A DNA stretch of 64,000 nt from Nitrospirales bacterium (GTDB taxonomy: Bacteria; Nitrospirota; Nitrospiria; Nitrospirales; UBA8639). The DNA is taken from the NCBI GenBank assembly GCA_963422365.1, contig OY729426.1, positions 2,304,001-2,368,000 of the forward strand, read 5' to 3'. Positions 1 to 10,389 of the stretch are shown here, piece by piece; within the stretch, counting starts at the first letter, position 1; each line of letters opens with the position of its first letter. A program made the position numbers and the translations under genes. The notes under the pieces are model-generated. The model saw only the letters and a list, made by a program, of their open reading frames with translations, made no database searches and was not told where the DNA came from.

Positions 1-503
1 CGAATCTTGGTCGAACTCACGATGACTTCTTGCGAACTCACAGGTTTCACCAAATGAACCTGAAAATCGGCTTGTTCGGCTAGAGCACGTAACGTTTCCG
101 TGTTTCCCGCCCGATCTTTGCCAAACACGAAATGCTCTCCCACAAACAAGGCCTTGATGCCCAGCCTATCTCTCAAAATCGAGAACACAAACTCCTTCGG
201 GCTTAATGCCGCAAATGCTTTGGTGAAATTCAACACCACGAGCTGCTCGACTCCTTGTGCCTCAAACCAAGCCACTTTTTCTGGAGAGGACGACAAAAAT
301 TGAAAATTGGTTCCAGGACTCAACACCGACACCGGATGGGGATGAAAGGTCAACACCATCGGCGTCCCTTGCTGTTCACGCGCACATTGAACGACCGCGG
401 CTAGTAACTGTCGGTGCCCGATATGCTGCCCATCAAAATTGCCTATGGTCAGAACCGGATGGGACGGCAAGGGAGGAGATGGAAGCCCGCGCGAAACCTT
501 CAT
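1..503 (-). CDS. ribF: Bifunctional riboflavin kinase/FAD synthetase, N-terminal part (runs off window)
   Basis: Not in the ORF track. Manual minus-strand translation from ATG 503 gives MKVSRGLPSPPLPSHPVLTIGNFDGQHIGH, containing the TIGNFDGxHxGH motif. ATGA overlap with the hemB stop. Confidence 0.92.
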   Translation of the reverse strand, partial: MKVSRGLPSPPLPSHPVLTIGNFDGQHIGHRQLLAAVVQCAREQQGTPMVLTFHPHPVSVLSPGTNFQFLSSSPEKVAWFEAQGVEQLVVLNFTKAFAALSPKEFVFSILRDRLGIKALFVGEHFVFGKDRAGNTETLRALAEQADFQVHLVKPVSSQEVIVSSTKI

Positions 504-1522
504 AGGGGAGCGGCATTCAAGAACTTGGCGGCATCCTTGGCAAAATAGGTGAGTATGAGATCGGCACCAGCACGTTTAATGGATAGCAACGTTTCCAGCA
601 CCACTTTGGACTCATCCAGCCACCCTTGTTGAGCGGCGGCTTTGATCATGCTGTATTCACCACTGACTTGAAACGCCGCAAGGGGCACAGCAACTTCAGC
701 ACGTATTCGCGAAATTATATCGAGGTAAGACAGCGCCGGTTTGACCATGACCACATCCGCACCTTCTTCCACATCAGCCTGCACTTCACGGATGGCTTCA
801 CGGGCATTGGCGGGATCCATTTGGTACGAACACCGATCACCGAAAACGGGGCGTGACGAAGCAGCCTCTCTGAAAGGGGCATATAGGCAAGACGCATATT
901 TGGCGGCATATGACATGATGGGAACGTGCTCGAAACCATGCTGATCCAATTCGTCACGGATCGCCGCGACTCGCCCATCCATCATGTCAGAAGGCGCCAC
1001 CATATCGGCACCAGCTTCTGCATGGGTTTTCGCCATCAAGCGTAAACACTCAAGCGTTTCGTCGTTTAAGATGCGACCATCTTTCACAATGCCGCAATGC
1101 CCATGAGACGTATATTCATCGATGCAGACATCCGTCACCACAAAGAGCCCAGGAAGATCGTCTTTGAGCGCACGAACGGCCCGTTGCACAATCCCGTTCG
1201 GATCATAGCCGGATGACCCACATTCATCTTTTTGATCAGAGATCCCAAATAGCATGACAGCCGGAATTCCCAGCCTATGGACATCAGTCGCTTCTTTGAT
1301 CAGACGATCAAGGGACCACCGGAATTGACCGGGCATCGACAGAATGGCCTCCTGTTGATCCGTTCCTTCCTTCACAAACAAAGGATAAATCAGGTTGCTC
1401 GGCGCGAGAACGGTTTCCCGCACCATCCGCCGAAGAGGCTCAGATTCGCGCAAACGCCGCATTCGTTGACGAGGAAATCCCATCATCGATCCAATGATTT
1501 CAGACTCTCTTGTGATTCCCAC
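500..1522 (-). CDS. hemB: Porphobilinogen synthase (ALA dehydratase)
   Basis: Motifs DVCIDEYTSHGHCG, APSDMMDGRV, SYQMDPAN, VMVKPAL, QVSGEYSMI. True start may be ATG 1486 or 1483. Confidence 0.97.
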   Translation of the reverse strand: MGITRESEIIGSMMGFPRQRMRRLRESEPLRRMVRETVLAPSNLIYPLFVKEGTDQQEAILSMPGQFRWSLDRLIKEATDVHRLGIPAVMLFGISDQKDECGSSGYDPNGIVQRAVRALKDDLPGLFVVTDVCIDEYTSHGHCGIVKDGRILNDETLECLRLMAKTHAEAGADMVAPSDMMDGRVAAIRDELDQHGFEHVPIMSYAAKYASCLYAPFREAASSRPVFGDRCSYQMDPANAREAIREVQADVEEGADVVMVKPALSYLDIISRIRAEVAVPLAAFQVSGEYSMIKAAAQQGWLDESKVVLETLLSIKRAGADLILTYFAKDAAKFLNAAPL

Positions 1523-1570
1523 TCATCGAGCGATACCCTCAGTCTCCCGTTGGCATCCCCGAAGACCCGA

Positions 1571-1963
1571 TTATTTCCTGGGAAGATTCGTCAAAAACAC
1601 AACCAAATCCCGCACGGAAATCATTCCAACAAGGTTCCCATCTTTCGAGACGCCTAAATGCCGAACATGTTCTTTGGCCATCAAATCATTGGCATCCAGA
1701 AGCGTCTTGTTTTCCTCAATTGTTAAAATAGGCGCCGACATGATTTGTTCAACCGTTGTCTGGGTCGAATCGGATCCTGCCGCCACCAACCGCCGAACAA
1801 GATCGGTGTCGGTCAAAATCCCAATAATCTTATTCTCTCGAGTAACAAATACACTCCCGATACCACGATCCTTCATAATTTCTGCTACCCTCCGGACATT
1901 GGTATCACGATCAACCGTAACAAATTTTTCCGCAGGGACCATAAACGATTTCACTGGAACCAT
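1571..1963 (-). CDS. CBS-pair domain protein
   Basis: MVPVKSFM...GIGSVFV...GILTDTDLVRR...IMSAPILTI...VRHLGV...GMISVRDL gives two CBS repeats. Start trimmed to ATG 1963. Confidence 0.88.
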   Translation of the reverse strand: MVPVKSFMVPAEKFVTVDRDTNVRRVAEIMKDRGIGSVFVTRENKIIGILTDTDLVRRLVAAGSDSTQTTVEQIMSAPILTIEENKTLLDANDLMAKEHVRHLGVSKDGNLVGMISVRDLVVFLTNLPRK

Positions 1964-2039
1964 ACATTTCTCCTTGAATGAACACGCGTCGTTAAACAAA
2001 AAACGGGCACCGCATTCCTCCACGACATCAGGGGATTTT

Positions 2040-3608
2040 TCAGCAATCCATACGGCGTGAAGAAACGGGCACCTCGTGTTTGACATAGTCGACCAACGAC
2101 TGAACCAACGCTGGAATCGTATTGTGGGCAGCCATGACGTGAACGTCCAAACCCATTTCCCGAATGGTCTTTGCCGTAATGGGCCCAATACTCGCAATAA
2201 TGGTTCCATTCAGATTTTTCTTCAAATCATGTGCTCCATCAAAGAGTTGAAAAAAATTCCTGGCCGTAGACGAACTGGCAAACGTGACGACATCGATCAA
2301 CTGCTCACGAAACATTTGCTGAATATGCTCTCGTTCCATCGGTGGCACGACAGTCTTATAGACTGTCACAATTCGAACAAAAGCTCCTAATCGCTCTAAC
2401 TCATTTGGCAAAATCTCACGGGCTTCTGCTGCCCTGGCAAGCAACACCCGTTGACCGGACACGCTGGCTCTCTTCAAAACCTCGATAAGCCCTTCAGCTT
2501 GGTACGTTTCCGGTACCAAATCGGCATTGATGCCAAAGACTCTCACCTCCTCAGCCGTCCGGGGTCCGATACAGCAAACCCGTACCCCTGCCAATGCCCG
2601 AGCATCACGACCATGATGCCATAGACGTTGCATCAACGCCTTCACCCCATTGACGCTTGTTAAAACAAGCCATTGATAGGTTGCAAGGTGCTCGATGGCG
2701 TCATCGACTTCCTCCCAATTGTCGGGTGGACCGATGTCGATTGTTGGACATTCAATCGGGTCTCCTCCTTGAGCCCTGATAAGGTTCGATAATTCCGAAG
2801 CCTGAGCTTTGGCACGTGTCACAAGCACTCGCTTCCCAAATAAGGGTTGCGTTTCAAACCAATTGAGTTGCTCCCGTAACCGTACAACTTCCCCCACTAC
2901 CACAATCGTCGGAGGGCGAATATTAGCCGATTTCGCACGATCGACAATATCCCGCAAGGTCCCAATCACCGTATACTGTTTGGCATAGGTCCCCCACCGA
3001 ATCAAGGCCACAGGGGTATCTACTGATTTCCCTTCCTCAACCAATCGCGAGACGATCATGGGTAAATTTTTGACGCCCATTAAGAAGACCAACGTTCCCT
3101 CAGCCGCGGCGAATCGTGGCCACTCCAAAACCGTCTCACCTTTGTCCGGATCTTCATGTCCTGTGATAAAGGCCACGGTGGACGCCAGAGTTCGATGCGT
3201 GACAGGAATTCCCGCATACGCGGGTACTGCGACCGCTGAGGTCACGCCCGGCACCACTTCAAAGGGGATCTGATGTTCAACAATCCACTCTGCTTCTTCC
3301 CCACCCCGTCCGAACACAAAAGGATCTCCGCCCTTCAATCGCACCACACACTTCCCTTCACGAGCCTTCTCCAGAATCAATTGATTAATCTCGTCTTGCG
3401 GCTGATAGGTCCCACATCCACGTCGCCCTACGTAAATCCGCTCTGCCGCAGGGGAGACATAATCCAACAACGCAGGATTGGCAAGATGGTCATACAACAC
3501 AACGTCAGCCTCTTGAAGACAGGATTTGCCGCGAAGCGTCAAAAGACCGGGATCTCCTGGACCCGCCCCTACCAAATAGACTTTTCCTGAAAGTCGAAGC
3601 TCTGCCAT
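2040..3608 (-). CDS. cobA: Uroporphyrinogen-III C-methyltransferase / uroporphyrinogen-III synthase fusion (CobA-HemD)
   Basis: VYLVGAGPGDPGLLT, VVRLKGGDPFVFGRGGEE and VPGVTSA, followed by a HemD domain (PLFGKRVLVTRA, TFASSST, SIGPITA). Confidence 0.95.
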   Translation of the reverse strand: MAELRLSGKVYLVGAGPGDPGLLTLRGKSCLQEADVVLYDHLANPALLDYVSPAAERIYVGRRGCGTYQPQDEINQLILEKAREGKCVVRLKGGDPFVFGRGGEEAEWIVEHQIPFEVVPGVTSAVAVPAYAGIPVTHRTLASTVAFITGHEDPDKGETVLEWPRFAAAEGTLVFLMGVKNLPMIVSRLVEEGKSVDTPVALIRWGTYAKQYTVIGTLRDIVDRAKSANIRPPTIVVVGEVVRLREQLNWFETQPLFGKRVLVTRAKAQASELSNLIRAQGGDPIECPTIDIGPPDNWEEVDDAIEHLATYQWLVLTSVNGVKALMQRLWHHGRDARALAGVRVCCIGPRTAEEVRVFGINADLVPETYQAEGLIEVLKRASVSGQRVLLARAAEAREILPNELERLGAFVRIVTVYKTVVPPMEREHIQQMFREQLIDVVTFASSSTARNFFQLFDGAHDLKKNLNGTIIASIGPITAKTIREMGLDVHVMAAHNTIPALVQSLVDYVKHEVPVSSRRMDC

Positions 3609-4556
3609 TTACACGCGCCCATATAGTTGATCTAAAATGTGCCTGCCCCCTCTGTCCAGGATTCGATCGGCTAAAGACACACCGAGTAGGGCAGCCTCTT
3701 CCACCTGTCCTTCGATCTGATCGCGAATAATGTGCTTCCCATCAAGGCTTGCGACAAGTCCCTCAAATTTTACCCTTTGGTTCTCAAGGACCGCATGTCC
3801 TGCGATCGGCACCTGACACCCCCCCTCTAATCGGTCCAAGAAGGCTCGTTCAGTCGAAACCGCAATTGAGGTCCGGAGATCATTGATTGGCGCAAGCAAT
3901 TCTCGAACAAACGTATCATCCACGCGCGATTCAATCCCCAAAGCCCCTTGACCAATAGCCGGAAGACTCACGTTCAAAGGAAGATATTCAGTCACATGGT
4001 GGGCCCAACCCAATCGGGTGAGCCCCGCCGCAGCCAAGACAATAGCATCGAACTCCCCTTCCTCAAGCTTCCGAAGACGGGTATTAACATTTCCTCGAAG
4101 CATGGCAACGACGAGGTCGGGCCGGTGAGCCAATAACTGGGCTTGCCTTCGAAGGCTACTGGTTCCAATTTTCGAACCGACAGGAAGATCCTGGAAAGCA
4201 ACATGGTCCCTGGTTAATACGGCATCCCGAGCATCTTCTCGTGCCGGAACACAGACAATTGCCATTTCCTCCGGCAACACCGAAGGCACATCTTTCATGC
4301 TATGGACCGCGAGATCTATTTCTCGTCTAACGAGTGCCTCCTCGATTTCCTTGACGAATAATCCTTTCCCCCCAATTTTGGCTAAAGGCACATCAAGGAT
4401 GGTATCACCACTCGTTCGAATCCGTTGGAGTCGAATCGAAACGGACGGAGCGACTTCTTGAAGTCGAGCTTGGACCCATTGCGCTTGCCAGAGAGCAAGT
4501 TGACTGCCGCGTGTTCCAATAACGAGAGACCTCCGCCGTTCATTTGTGCGACTCAC
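3609..4556 (-). CDS. hemC: Hydroxymethylbilane synthase
   Basis: IGTRGSQLALWQA, GGKGLFVKEIE, AVHSMKDVP, GTSSLRR, LEGGCQVPI. Confidence 0.97.
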   Translation of the reverse strand: MSRTNERRRSLVIGTRGSQLALWQAQWVQARLQEVAPSVSIRLQRIRTSGDTILDVPLAKIGGKGLFVKEIEEALVRREIDLAVHSMKDVPSVLPEEMAIVCVPAREDARDAVLTRDHVAFQDLPVGSKIGTSSLRRQAQLLAHRPDLVVAMLRGNVNTRLRKLEEGEFDAIVLAAAGLTRLGWAHHVTEYLPLNVSLPAIGQGALGIESRVDDTFVRELLAPINDLRTSIAVSTERAFLDRLEGGCQVPIAGHAVLENQRVKFEGLVASLDGKHIIRDQIEGQVEEAALLGVSLADRILDRGGRHILDQLYGRV

Positions 4557-4625
4557 TCTGATTCCTTATCCATCAAGGTTCTTTGCTACGCGATGCCCTC
4601 GCCCTCGCCATGGCACTCATTGACC

Positions 4626-6032
4626 TTACAAACCCGGAGCCTGTCGTGAAATTCTTTCTTTTTCAGACTCTTTGGTCGACGTGGGCGAAAGCGCATTTGT
4701 CTCCACGGCCTCCTCTTCCAAATCTTGTATTTCTTGAACGTTCACGGATTTTTTCTCCGAAGGATTTTGCTCCAAATCATAAAACCGTCTCGCCACTTCG
4801 ATATACACCAACCCATTGGACGATTGAGCCGCAGATTTTAAGGCAACCAAGGGGCCATGAAGGAGTTTATTGACGATCCCCGATGCGAGACCTTCCACGA
4901 CTTCCTGCTGCGGCGGCGTCAACGTCCCGAGTCGGCTGAATGCTTTTTGCAGTTCCATTTGCTTAAGAGCATCCGCACGTTTTCGTAAGGCAACAATCGT
5001 GGGAGTCGCTTTTAAAGACTGAAGCCATTTCAGGATGACTCCGACTTCATCTTTGACAATGCATTCTGCCCGGGTGGCTTCTAGCCTGCGCTCTTCACGG
5101 TTTTGTTCGATATGCGATTCAAGATCATCGATATCAAACAGGAACGCATTATCGACTTGGCGAACAGCAGGATCAATATTGCGGGGGACGGAGACGTCAA
5201 TCAAAAAGATCGGCTGATTCCATCGTTCGCGAACCGCCCGTTCCACATCCTCCGGACTAATCAAATAGTGGGACGCCCCGGTTGAACACAGTACAATATC
5301 AGCCCGATGCATGTCCGCACGAAATTCTTCAAAGGGAATGGAGACCCCCGTAAACCGGGCAGCCATATCTGCCGCACGAATCGGGTCACGCGTAGTGAGC
5401 AACACCTCCTGGACTCCGTGATTCACTAAATGTTGCGCGGCTAATTTGGCCATTTCTCCGGCCCCAACCAACATGACCGTTCGTGCGGACAAATGGCTAA
5501 ACACCTTTTTGGCCAGTTCGACTGCGGCATAGCTCACGGAAACCGCATTTTCTGCGATCCGAGTTTCCGTTCGAACACGTTTGGCCACCGAGATGGCTTT
5601 TTTGACTAACTTGTTCAGAAGGACTCCGCTGGCATTATGGGTCAAGGCATCTCGGAAAGAATCCTTCACCTGACGCAGGATTTGTGGTTCTCCGACCACC
5701 AGGGAGTCGAGGCTCGAAGCCACGCGAAACAAATGCGTGATGGCTCGATCCTCCGCATGCCAATACAGACGAGGCAGTACTTGTTCGGCGGACAACGAAA
5801 GATGCGTGTCCACCAAAAATTCCTGAATGGTGGAAAAGCCGCTCTCAACCTGATCGACCACCGCATACACTTCAACGCGGTTGCAGGTCTGCAACAACAT
5901 CCCTTCACGAATCCCCACATGGGCCATGAGCCGATTCAGGGCTTCACCCATCCGGCTATCAGGAACCACGAGGAGTTCTCGAATCTCGACGGGAGCGGTT
6001 TTATGACTCAGTCCGACAACGATGATATTCAT
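4626..6032 (-). CDS. hemA: Glutamyl-tRNA reductase
   Basis: MNIIVVGLSHKTAPVEIRE, TCNRVEVY, SLDSLVVGEPQIL, GAGEM, DVSVPRNIDP. Start at ATG 6032 overlaps the upstream stop (TAATG). Confidence 0.96.
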   Translation of the reverse strand: MNIIVVGLSHKTAPVEIRELLVVPDSRMGEALNRLMAHVGIREGMLLQTCNRVEVYAVVDQVESGFSTIQEFLVDTHLSLSAEQVLPRLYWHAEDRAITHLFRVASSLDSLVVGEPQILRQVKDSFRDALTHNASGVLLNKLVKKAISVAKRVRTETRIAENAVSVSYAAVELAKKVFSHLSARTVMLVGAGEMAKLAAQHLVNHGVQEVLLTTRDPIRAADMAARFTGVSIPFEEFRADMHRADIVLCSTGASHYLISPEDVERAVRERWNQPIFLIDVSVPRNIDPAVRQVDNAFLFDIDDLESHIEQNREERRLEATRAECIVKDEVGVILKWLQSLKATPTIVALRKRADALKQMELQKAFSRLGTLTPPQQEVVEGLASGIVNKLLHGPLVALKSAAQSSNGLVYIEVARRFYDLEQNPSEKKSVNVQEIQDLEEEAVETNALSPTSTKESEKERISRQAPGL

Positions 6033-6841
6033 TAGCTTATAGGAGCATTTCCTTTTAAAATGACCCCAAGAAACGTCAACAGCACGCTGGCAAATCCCAC
6101 GATCGTCAGATAGGCTGCCTTTTTCGCTCTCCACCCAACGGTCACTCGTCCCATCAAGACCACAAAATAAAATACCCACGTCACAAGCGCCAAAATTTGT
6201 TCGGAATTCCAACTGACATAGGCACCAAACGTGAGTTGTGCGGACATGGCCCCTGTCAAGATACCCATGGTGAGAAATGGGAACCCCAACAAAATCGAGC
6301 GTTGGTTCAGCATGTCTAAAAAATCCAACGGCGGCAATTTAAAGTACAAGACATTAAATTGTTTGGATTTCAGCAGCCGGTCTTGCATCAGATACATCAA
6401 CCCTGCCACAAAGGCCACGGCAAACCCGACGGTCCCTAACATACTGAGCGCGACATGGACCCACATCGCTTGAAACATAGGATGAAGGGCTGGAGTTTCT
6501 GAAGGCAGGATCGTGGTCGAGACCAACGAAAGAAAGGCAAGGGGCAAGATGAAAGCACCCAACACGTAGAGTCGTTGGAGGAGTACGACCAGCAAAAAAA
6601 TAAGCACCAAGGACCACGAAAAAAATGATAGGGCTTTATGGAACGTGACCCATCGCACTTCTTCTCCGGAAAACACTTGAACAGCCAATGCGACGGTATG
6701 GATGGCAAATCCGATACATGTCACGCCAAGAGCCACCTTGGCAAGAACATCAGACCGCCGAAGCAGGTACACCAAGGACAGCAAGATCCCTGTAAAGTAC
6801 AGCCCCAATGTGAGTTGCAAAAAGGCAACGGTCATCGGCAT
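6032..6841 (-). CDS. ccsA: Cytochrome c assembly family membrane protein (CcsA/HemX-like)
   Basis: About 8 hydrophobic segments, WVHVALSMLG, LPPLDFLD, GFPFLTMGILTG. Translationally coupled to hemA. Confidence 0.85.
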   Translation of the reverse strand: MPMTVAFLQLTLGLYFTGILLSLVYLLRRSDVLAKVALGVTCIGFAIHTVALAVQVFSGEEVRWVTFHKALSFFSWSLVLIFLLVVLLQRLYVLGAFILPLAFLSLVSTTILPSETPALHPMFQAMWVHVALSMLGTVGFAVAFVAGLMYLMQDRLLKSKQFNVLYFKLPPLDFLDMLNQRSILLGFPFLTMGILTGAMSAQLTFGAYVSWNSEQILALVTWVFYFVVLMGRVTVGWRAKKAAYLTIVGFASVLLTFLGVILKGNAPIS

Positions 6842-6980
6842 CCAATGGTCTAAAAAATAGTTCTATATACCTAGTTTGGAAGTATAGATAGGCCATTTGA
6901 AGATATCAAGAAAGGAACGGATGAAGCAGGGGATTCCCAAACACTCAACATGCGGTGAGAAAAGGCAAACCTGGGGTGAA

Positions 6981-7766
6981 TTAGCCGCCTGACCCTGCTG
7001 TGGCACCACCACACACGTTAATGACTTGTCCCGTAATCGACGCCGCCTCCGCTTGACAAAGAAAAATCGTCAAGGCGACGACCTCCTTAATCTCCGCCAT
7101 CCTTTTTATGGGTACCGCCGCGATGGCCCGAGCTCGGAAATCTTCGACCGACATCCCTAAGACCGCCGCTGTTTCTTCAATGCCCTGACGAGCCATGTCG
7201 GTATCAACCCAGGTAGGACATATGGCATTGACCGTAATTCCCCGCTCGGCCACTTCAAGTGCCAGGGCCTTGGTAAACCCCAGGATGCCATGTTTAGCAG
7301 TGCAATACGCCGCGTAACCTGGGACACCAAACCGACCAAGGACGGAAGACATATGAATAATACGCCCATAGCCAGGATCCTTCATATGAGGCAAAACGAC
7401 TTTCGAGCATAAATATGAACCTGTCAAATTCACTGCAAGAATATTCAACCAACGTGCATCATCTGGATCGTCTATTGGAGTCCTACCTGAAACACCGGCA
7501 TTATTGACCAAAATGTCAATCTGCCCCCATTCGTTCACAATAGACGCAACGACTCGCTCTACCTCGCCACGATTGGTCACGTCTGCAGGCAAGCCCATAG
7601 CAATCCCCCCTTGTTCTCGGATATGGGCAACCGTTTGCTCAAGGAGTTTCTCACGACGACCACACACAGCAACGTGAACACCGTTATCTGCTAAAGCCAG
7701 GGCCATGCCTCTGCCGATACCGACTCCCCCCCCCGTCACAAAAGCCACACGACCTTTTAACATCAT
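6981..7766 (-). CDS. Short-chain dehydrogenase/reductase (SDR)
   Basis: TGGGVGIG, DILVNNAG, YCTAK catalytic motif, VNAICP. Start chosen after an AGAGGGA RBS. Confidence 0.92.
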   Translation of the reverse strand: MMLKGRVAFVTGGGVGIGRGMALALADNGVHVAVCGRREKLLEQTVAHIREQGGIAMGLPADVTNRGEVERVVASIVNEWGQIDILVNNAGVSGRTPIDDPDDARWLNILAVNLTGSYLCSKVVLPHMKDPGYGRIIHMSSVLGRFGVPGYAAYCTAKHGILGFTKALALEVAERGITVNAICPTWVDTDMARQGIEETAAVLGMSVEDFRARAIAAVPIKRMAEIKEVVALTIFLCQAEAASITGQVINVCGGATAGSGG

Positions 7767-7967
7767 CAGTTCCCTCTTCTGCTCACGACAAGCATCATCC
7801 TCAACATTCATAAATCAATGCATGTTTCGAGAACTCAAGATCGAATATTTGATCAAACAATAGCTGAACTGACAAAATCCTATTGCTTTCACCTGCATAG
7901 GCCCTCGTCCTTGGCCGTCTGATAGCTGCCCGTCCACATAACCCAATCCACCGAAAGGCCGAGTCTC

Positions 7968-8702
7968 ATGCCAGGAACGTTGTATCTTGTTAGCACACCA
8001 ATTGGAAATCTGGACGATTTAACCTTCCGAGCCCACCGGACTTTACAAGACGTGTCGATCATCGCGGCGGAGGATACCCGTCATACCAAAAAACTGTGTT
8101 GCCATTACAAGATTCATACACCCCTGACAAGTTATCACGATTTCAATAAAGAAGAAAAAACTCCTCTTCTTTTGAAGCGTCTAAACGAGGAACAATCCAT
8201 TGCCCTAGTTTCCGATGCCGGCACTCCACTGATCTCCGACCCAGGCTACTATTTGGTGACCCGAGCCATTGCCATCGATATTCCCATTGTTCCGATTCCA
8301 GGTCCCTCTTCGATTATCGCCGCACTATCCGTTGCTGGATTGCCCACTGACGCCTTCACGTTTATTGGATTTCTGCCGAAAAAATCAGCAGCCAGAACCC
8401 GCCTCCTTCGAAGCCTTCAGGACGATTCTAAAACCATTATTTTATTCGAAACACCCCATCGTATAAAGGCAACGCTTTTTACCATCCAGGAAATCTTCAG
8501 CGACCGCCAGATCGCTATCGGCCGTGAACTCACAAAATCCCACGAAGAAATTATTCGTGGCACCGCTCAAGAAATTCTTCTGTCAAATCCATCACGAGGG
8601 CTAAAAGGAGAAATGACGCTTATCATTCAGGGAAAAGCGAAAAGGAAAAAGCGAGTCAGACAGGAACAAAAACAGGAAGTTAATCATCGCCTTTTTGAAT
8701 AA
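7968..8702 (+). CDS. rsmI: 16S rRNA (cytidine1402-2'-O)-methyltransferase
   Basis: LYLVSTPIGNLDD, AAEDTRHT, LVSDAGTPLISDPG, FETPHR, RELTKSHEE. Confidence 0.95.
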   Translation: MPGTLYLVSTPIGNLDDLTFRAHRTLQDVSIIAAEDTRHTKKLCCHYKIHTPLTSYHDFNKEEKTPLLLKRLNEEQSIALVSDAGTPLISDPGYYLVTRAIAIDIPIVPIPGPSSIIAALSVAGLPTDAFTFIGFLPKKSAARTRLLRSLQDDSKTIILFETPHRIKATLFTIQEIFSDRQIAIGRELTKSHEEIIRGTAQEILLSNPSRGLKGEMTLIIQGKAKRKKRVRQEQKQEVNHRLFE

Positions 8703-8925
8703 ACACGCGATGATACGAGCCGACTAACTCACGGCGAAGAATGGTGTGGCCTTCGTTTTCGACACTCTGCGGGACCTGTCTGATGGGTTCGCCATCATCC
8801 AGAAAGATCTCTAATACTTGCCCAGGTCGCATCGAATCGAGGCTCAGTTTGGTTTTGACAAAATTGTAAGGGCAGATCACCCCTCGAAGATCTAACATCG
8901 CATGATGGGCAGCCTTTTGACTCAT
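8680..8925 (-). CDS. TusA/SirA-family sulfur carrier
   Basis: LDLRGVICPYNFVKTK (CP motif), GQVLEIFLDDGE. Confidence 0.88.
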   Translation of the reverse strand: MSQKAAHHAMLDLRGVICPYNFVKTKLSLDSMRPGQVLEIFLDDGEPIRQVPQSVENEGHTILRRELVGSYHRVFIQKGDD

Positions 8926-9070
8926 TTCGTATGCCTAGTTCATAAGGTATGAAACGATAAAGGGAACAATGGTGATCTTGAGACCACCTACACAAACAAA
9001 TAGAGCGTGCCAACCTTACGTCGACACGCTCTATTTTGGGTTCGCAATTTTTCGAGATGGGATACGTCTC

Positions 9071-9826
9071 TTATTGAACCGTCCCTTTCTTGAAGGTATT
9101 CCGATCAGAACCATAATCAGTGGCAATCGTTTTGTCCGTTCTCAAGTTCACGGTATCTGGTTGAGGAGCACATTGCCAGCAGGGTGCGGCACCCGTTATG
9201 ACACCAATATCCGAGGTAATCCCTCCCTGCACAACACCCTCTTGCATACCACCCTCAGGAACACCAGTATAACCAGCCGTGGGTGTCGAAATACCCCTAT
9301 AGTTTGTGGGATCAGGCCGTTGACCTAACCCACCACCGAAGTCAGGATTATCTGCACCACCAAGCACTTGGGATCCTTCAATCACATACACGGCACGGAC
9401 CATTTTTCGACCCGTACTAAAATTCTGTTCTTGAGTGGTTTCGTCAACGGCGGAAACGGCAACATAATCCCCTTTGTTCACAGCCTTAAGGTTTTCCATG
9501 TTGGTCCCATCATCAAACCATAATTCCTTCAAATTCAGGCCACCACGAAGGGTCTGGCGTTCATCATGTGAACTGCCCCCCATGTCAATGTACAGTTTGC
9601 CCGCTGGATAATCAATGGCCACCACTTCTCCCTGAATAGTCTCTGGGGCTGAAAGATAGCGTTCCATGTCATCTTGGTCGAATACACGGGACCGCGTTCC
9701 AGACCCTTGTGATTCTCCAACACCCGATCCAAACCCGGAGTGTTGAGGCGCACGCTCTTGCGCCACTGCCACGCTAACTGAGCCGACAAGAATGATTGCT
9801 GCTCCAAAGTACCCTAACTTCCGCAT
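9071..9826 (-). CDS. Secreted hypothetical protein with C-terminal CWQC motif
   Basis: Strong RBS (AAGGAGGAG), signal peptide MRKLGYFGAAIILVGSVSVAVA-Q, Gly-rich linker, APCWQCAPQP. Confidence 0.75.
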   Translation of the reverse strand: MRKLGYFGAAIILVGSVSVAVAQERAPQHSGFGSGVGESQGSGTRSRVFDQDDMERYLSAPETIQGEVVAIDYPAGKLYIDMGGSSHDERQTLRGGLNLKELWFDDGTNMENLKAVNKGDYVAVSAVDETTQEQNFSTGRKMVRAVYVIEGSQVLGGADNPDFGGGLGQRPDPTNYRGISTPTAGYTGVPEGGMQEGVVQGGITSDIGVITGAAPCWQCAPQPDTVNLRTDKTIATDYGSDRNTFKKGTVQ

Positions 9827-10119
9827 GTGGCTCCTCCTTAGGAAGTGTAAGTTAATAATCGAACAAATAACTCAATTGATGATATCTGTAAGAATCCGTC
9901 CTTCTGCTGACTTCATTTTTCAGCAAGTCTAGAGGCCCAACTATAGTGATCTCCTTAAATAGTGTCAAGGGATTTCTCCAGTAAATCTTTACACGGTGAC
10001 AACTCCAAGTGCACCGACTACTTGAAATCGATAGTATTTCTGATTAATCTATTCCTCTTTGTGCCTCAAACCAAGAAAAAAAAGCATCTAACTGATTGAA
10101 AAATAGGACATTGAATCAA

Positions 10120-10206
10120 TGGTGCCCGGACCGAGGGTCGAACTCGGACTCTCTTGCAAGAACCAGATTTTGAGTCTGGCGCGTCTGCCAGTTCCGCCAT
10201 CCGGGC
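10120..10206 (-). tRNA. tRNA-Leu(CAA)
   Basis: Reverse complement GCCCGGATGGCGGAACTGGCAGACGCG-CCAGA-CTCAAAA-TCTGG-long variable arm-GTTCGAC-...CCGGGCACCA. 87 nt with encoded CCA. Confidence 0.96.
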
Positions 10207-10389
10207 ATACACATGATCAATGTTTGTTTTCTAGCATGATCTCTAGGCAACGTCAAACAACCGACGGCTTCTTTTCAGTTTTTTGTCGAGCATGTTAAGA
10301 TCGTATCAATTGCTCAGTGAGCAACCGGTTAGCCCTTCTATGGAAATAACTCCATCGTCAAGAGCTACGACACATAGGGAGGATCATTC

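Noticed and set aside
9921..9940. Sigma-54 promoter upstream of the 9071-9826 gene
   Set aside because: GG-to-GC spacing is 11 rather than the required 10.
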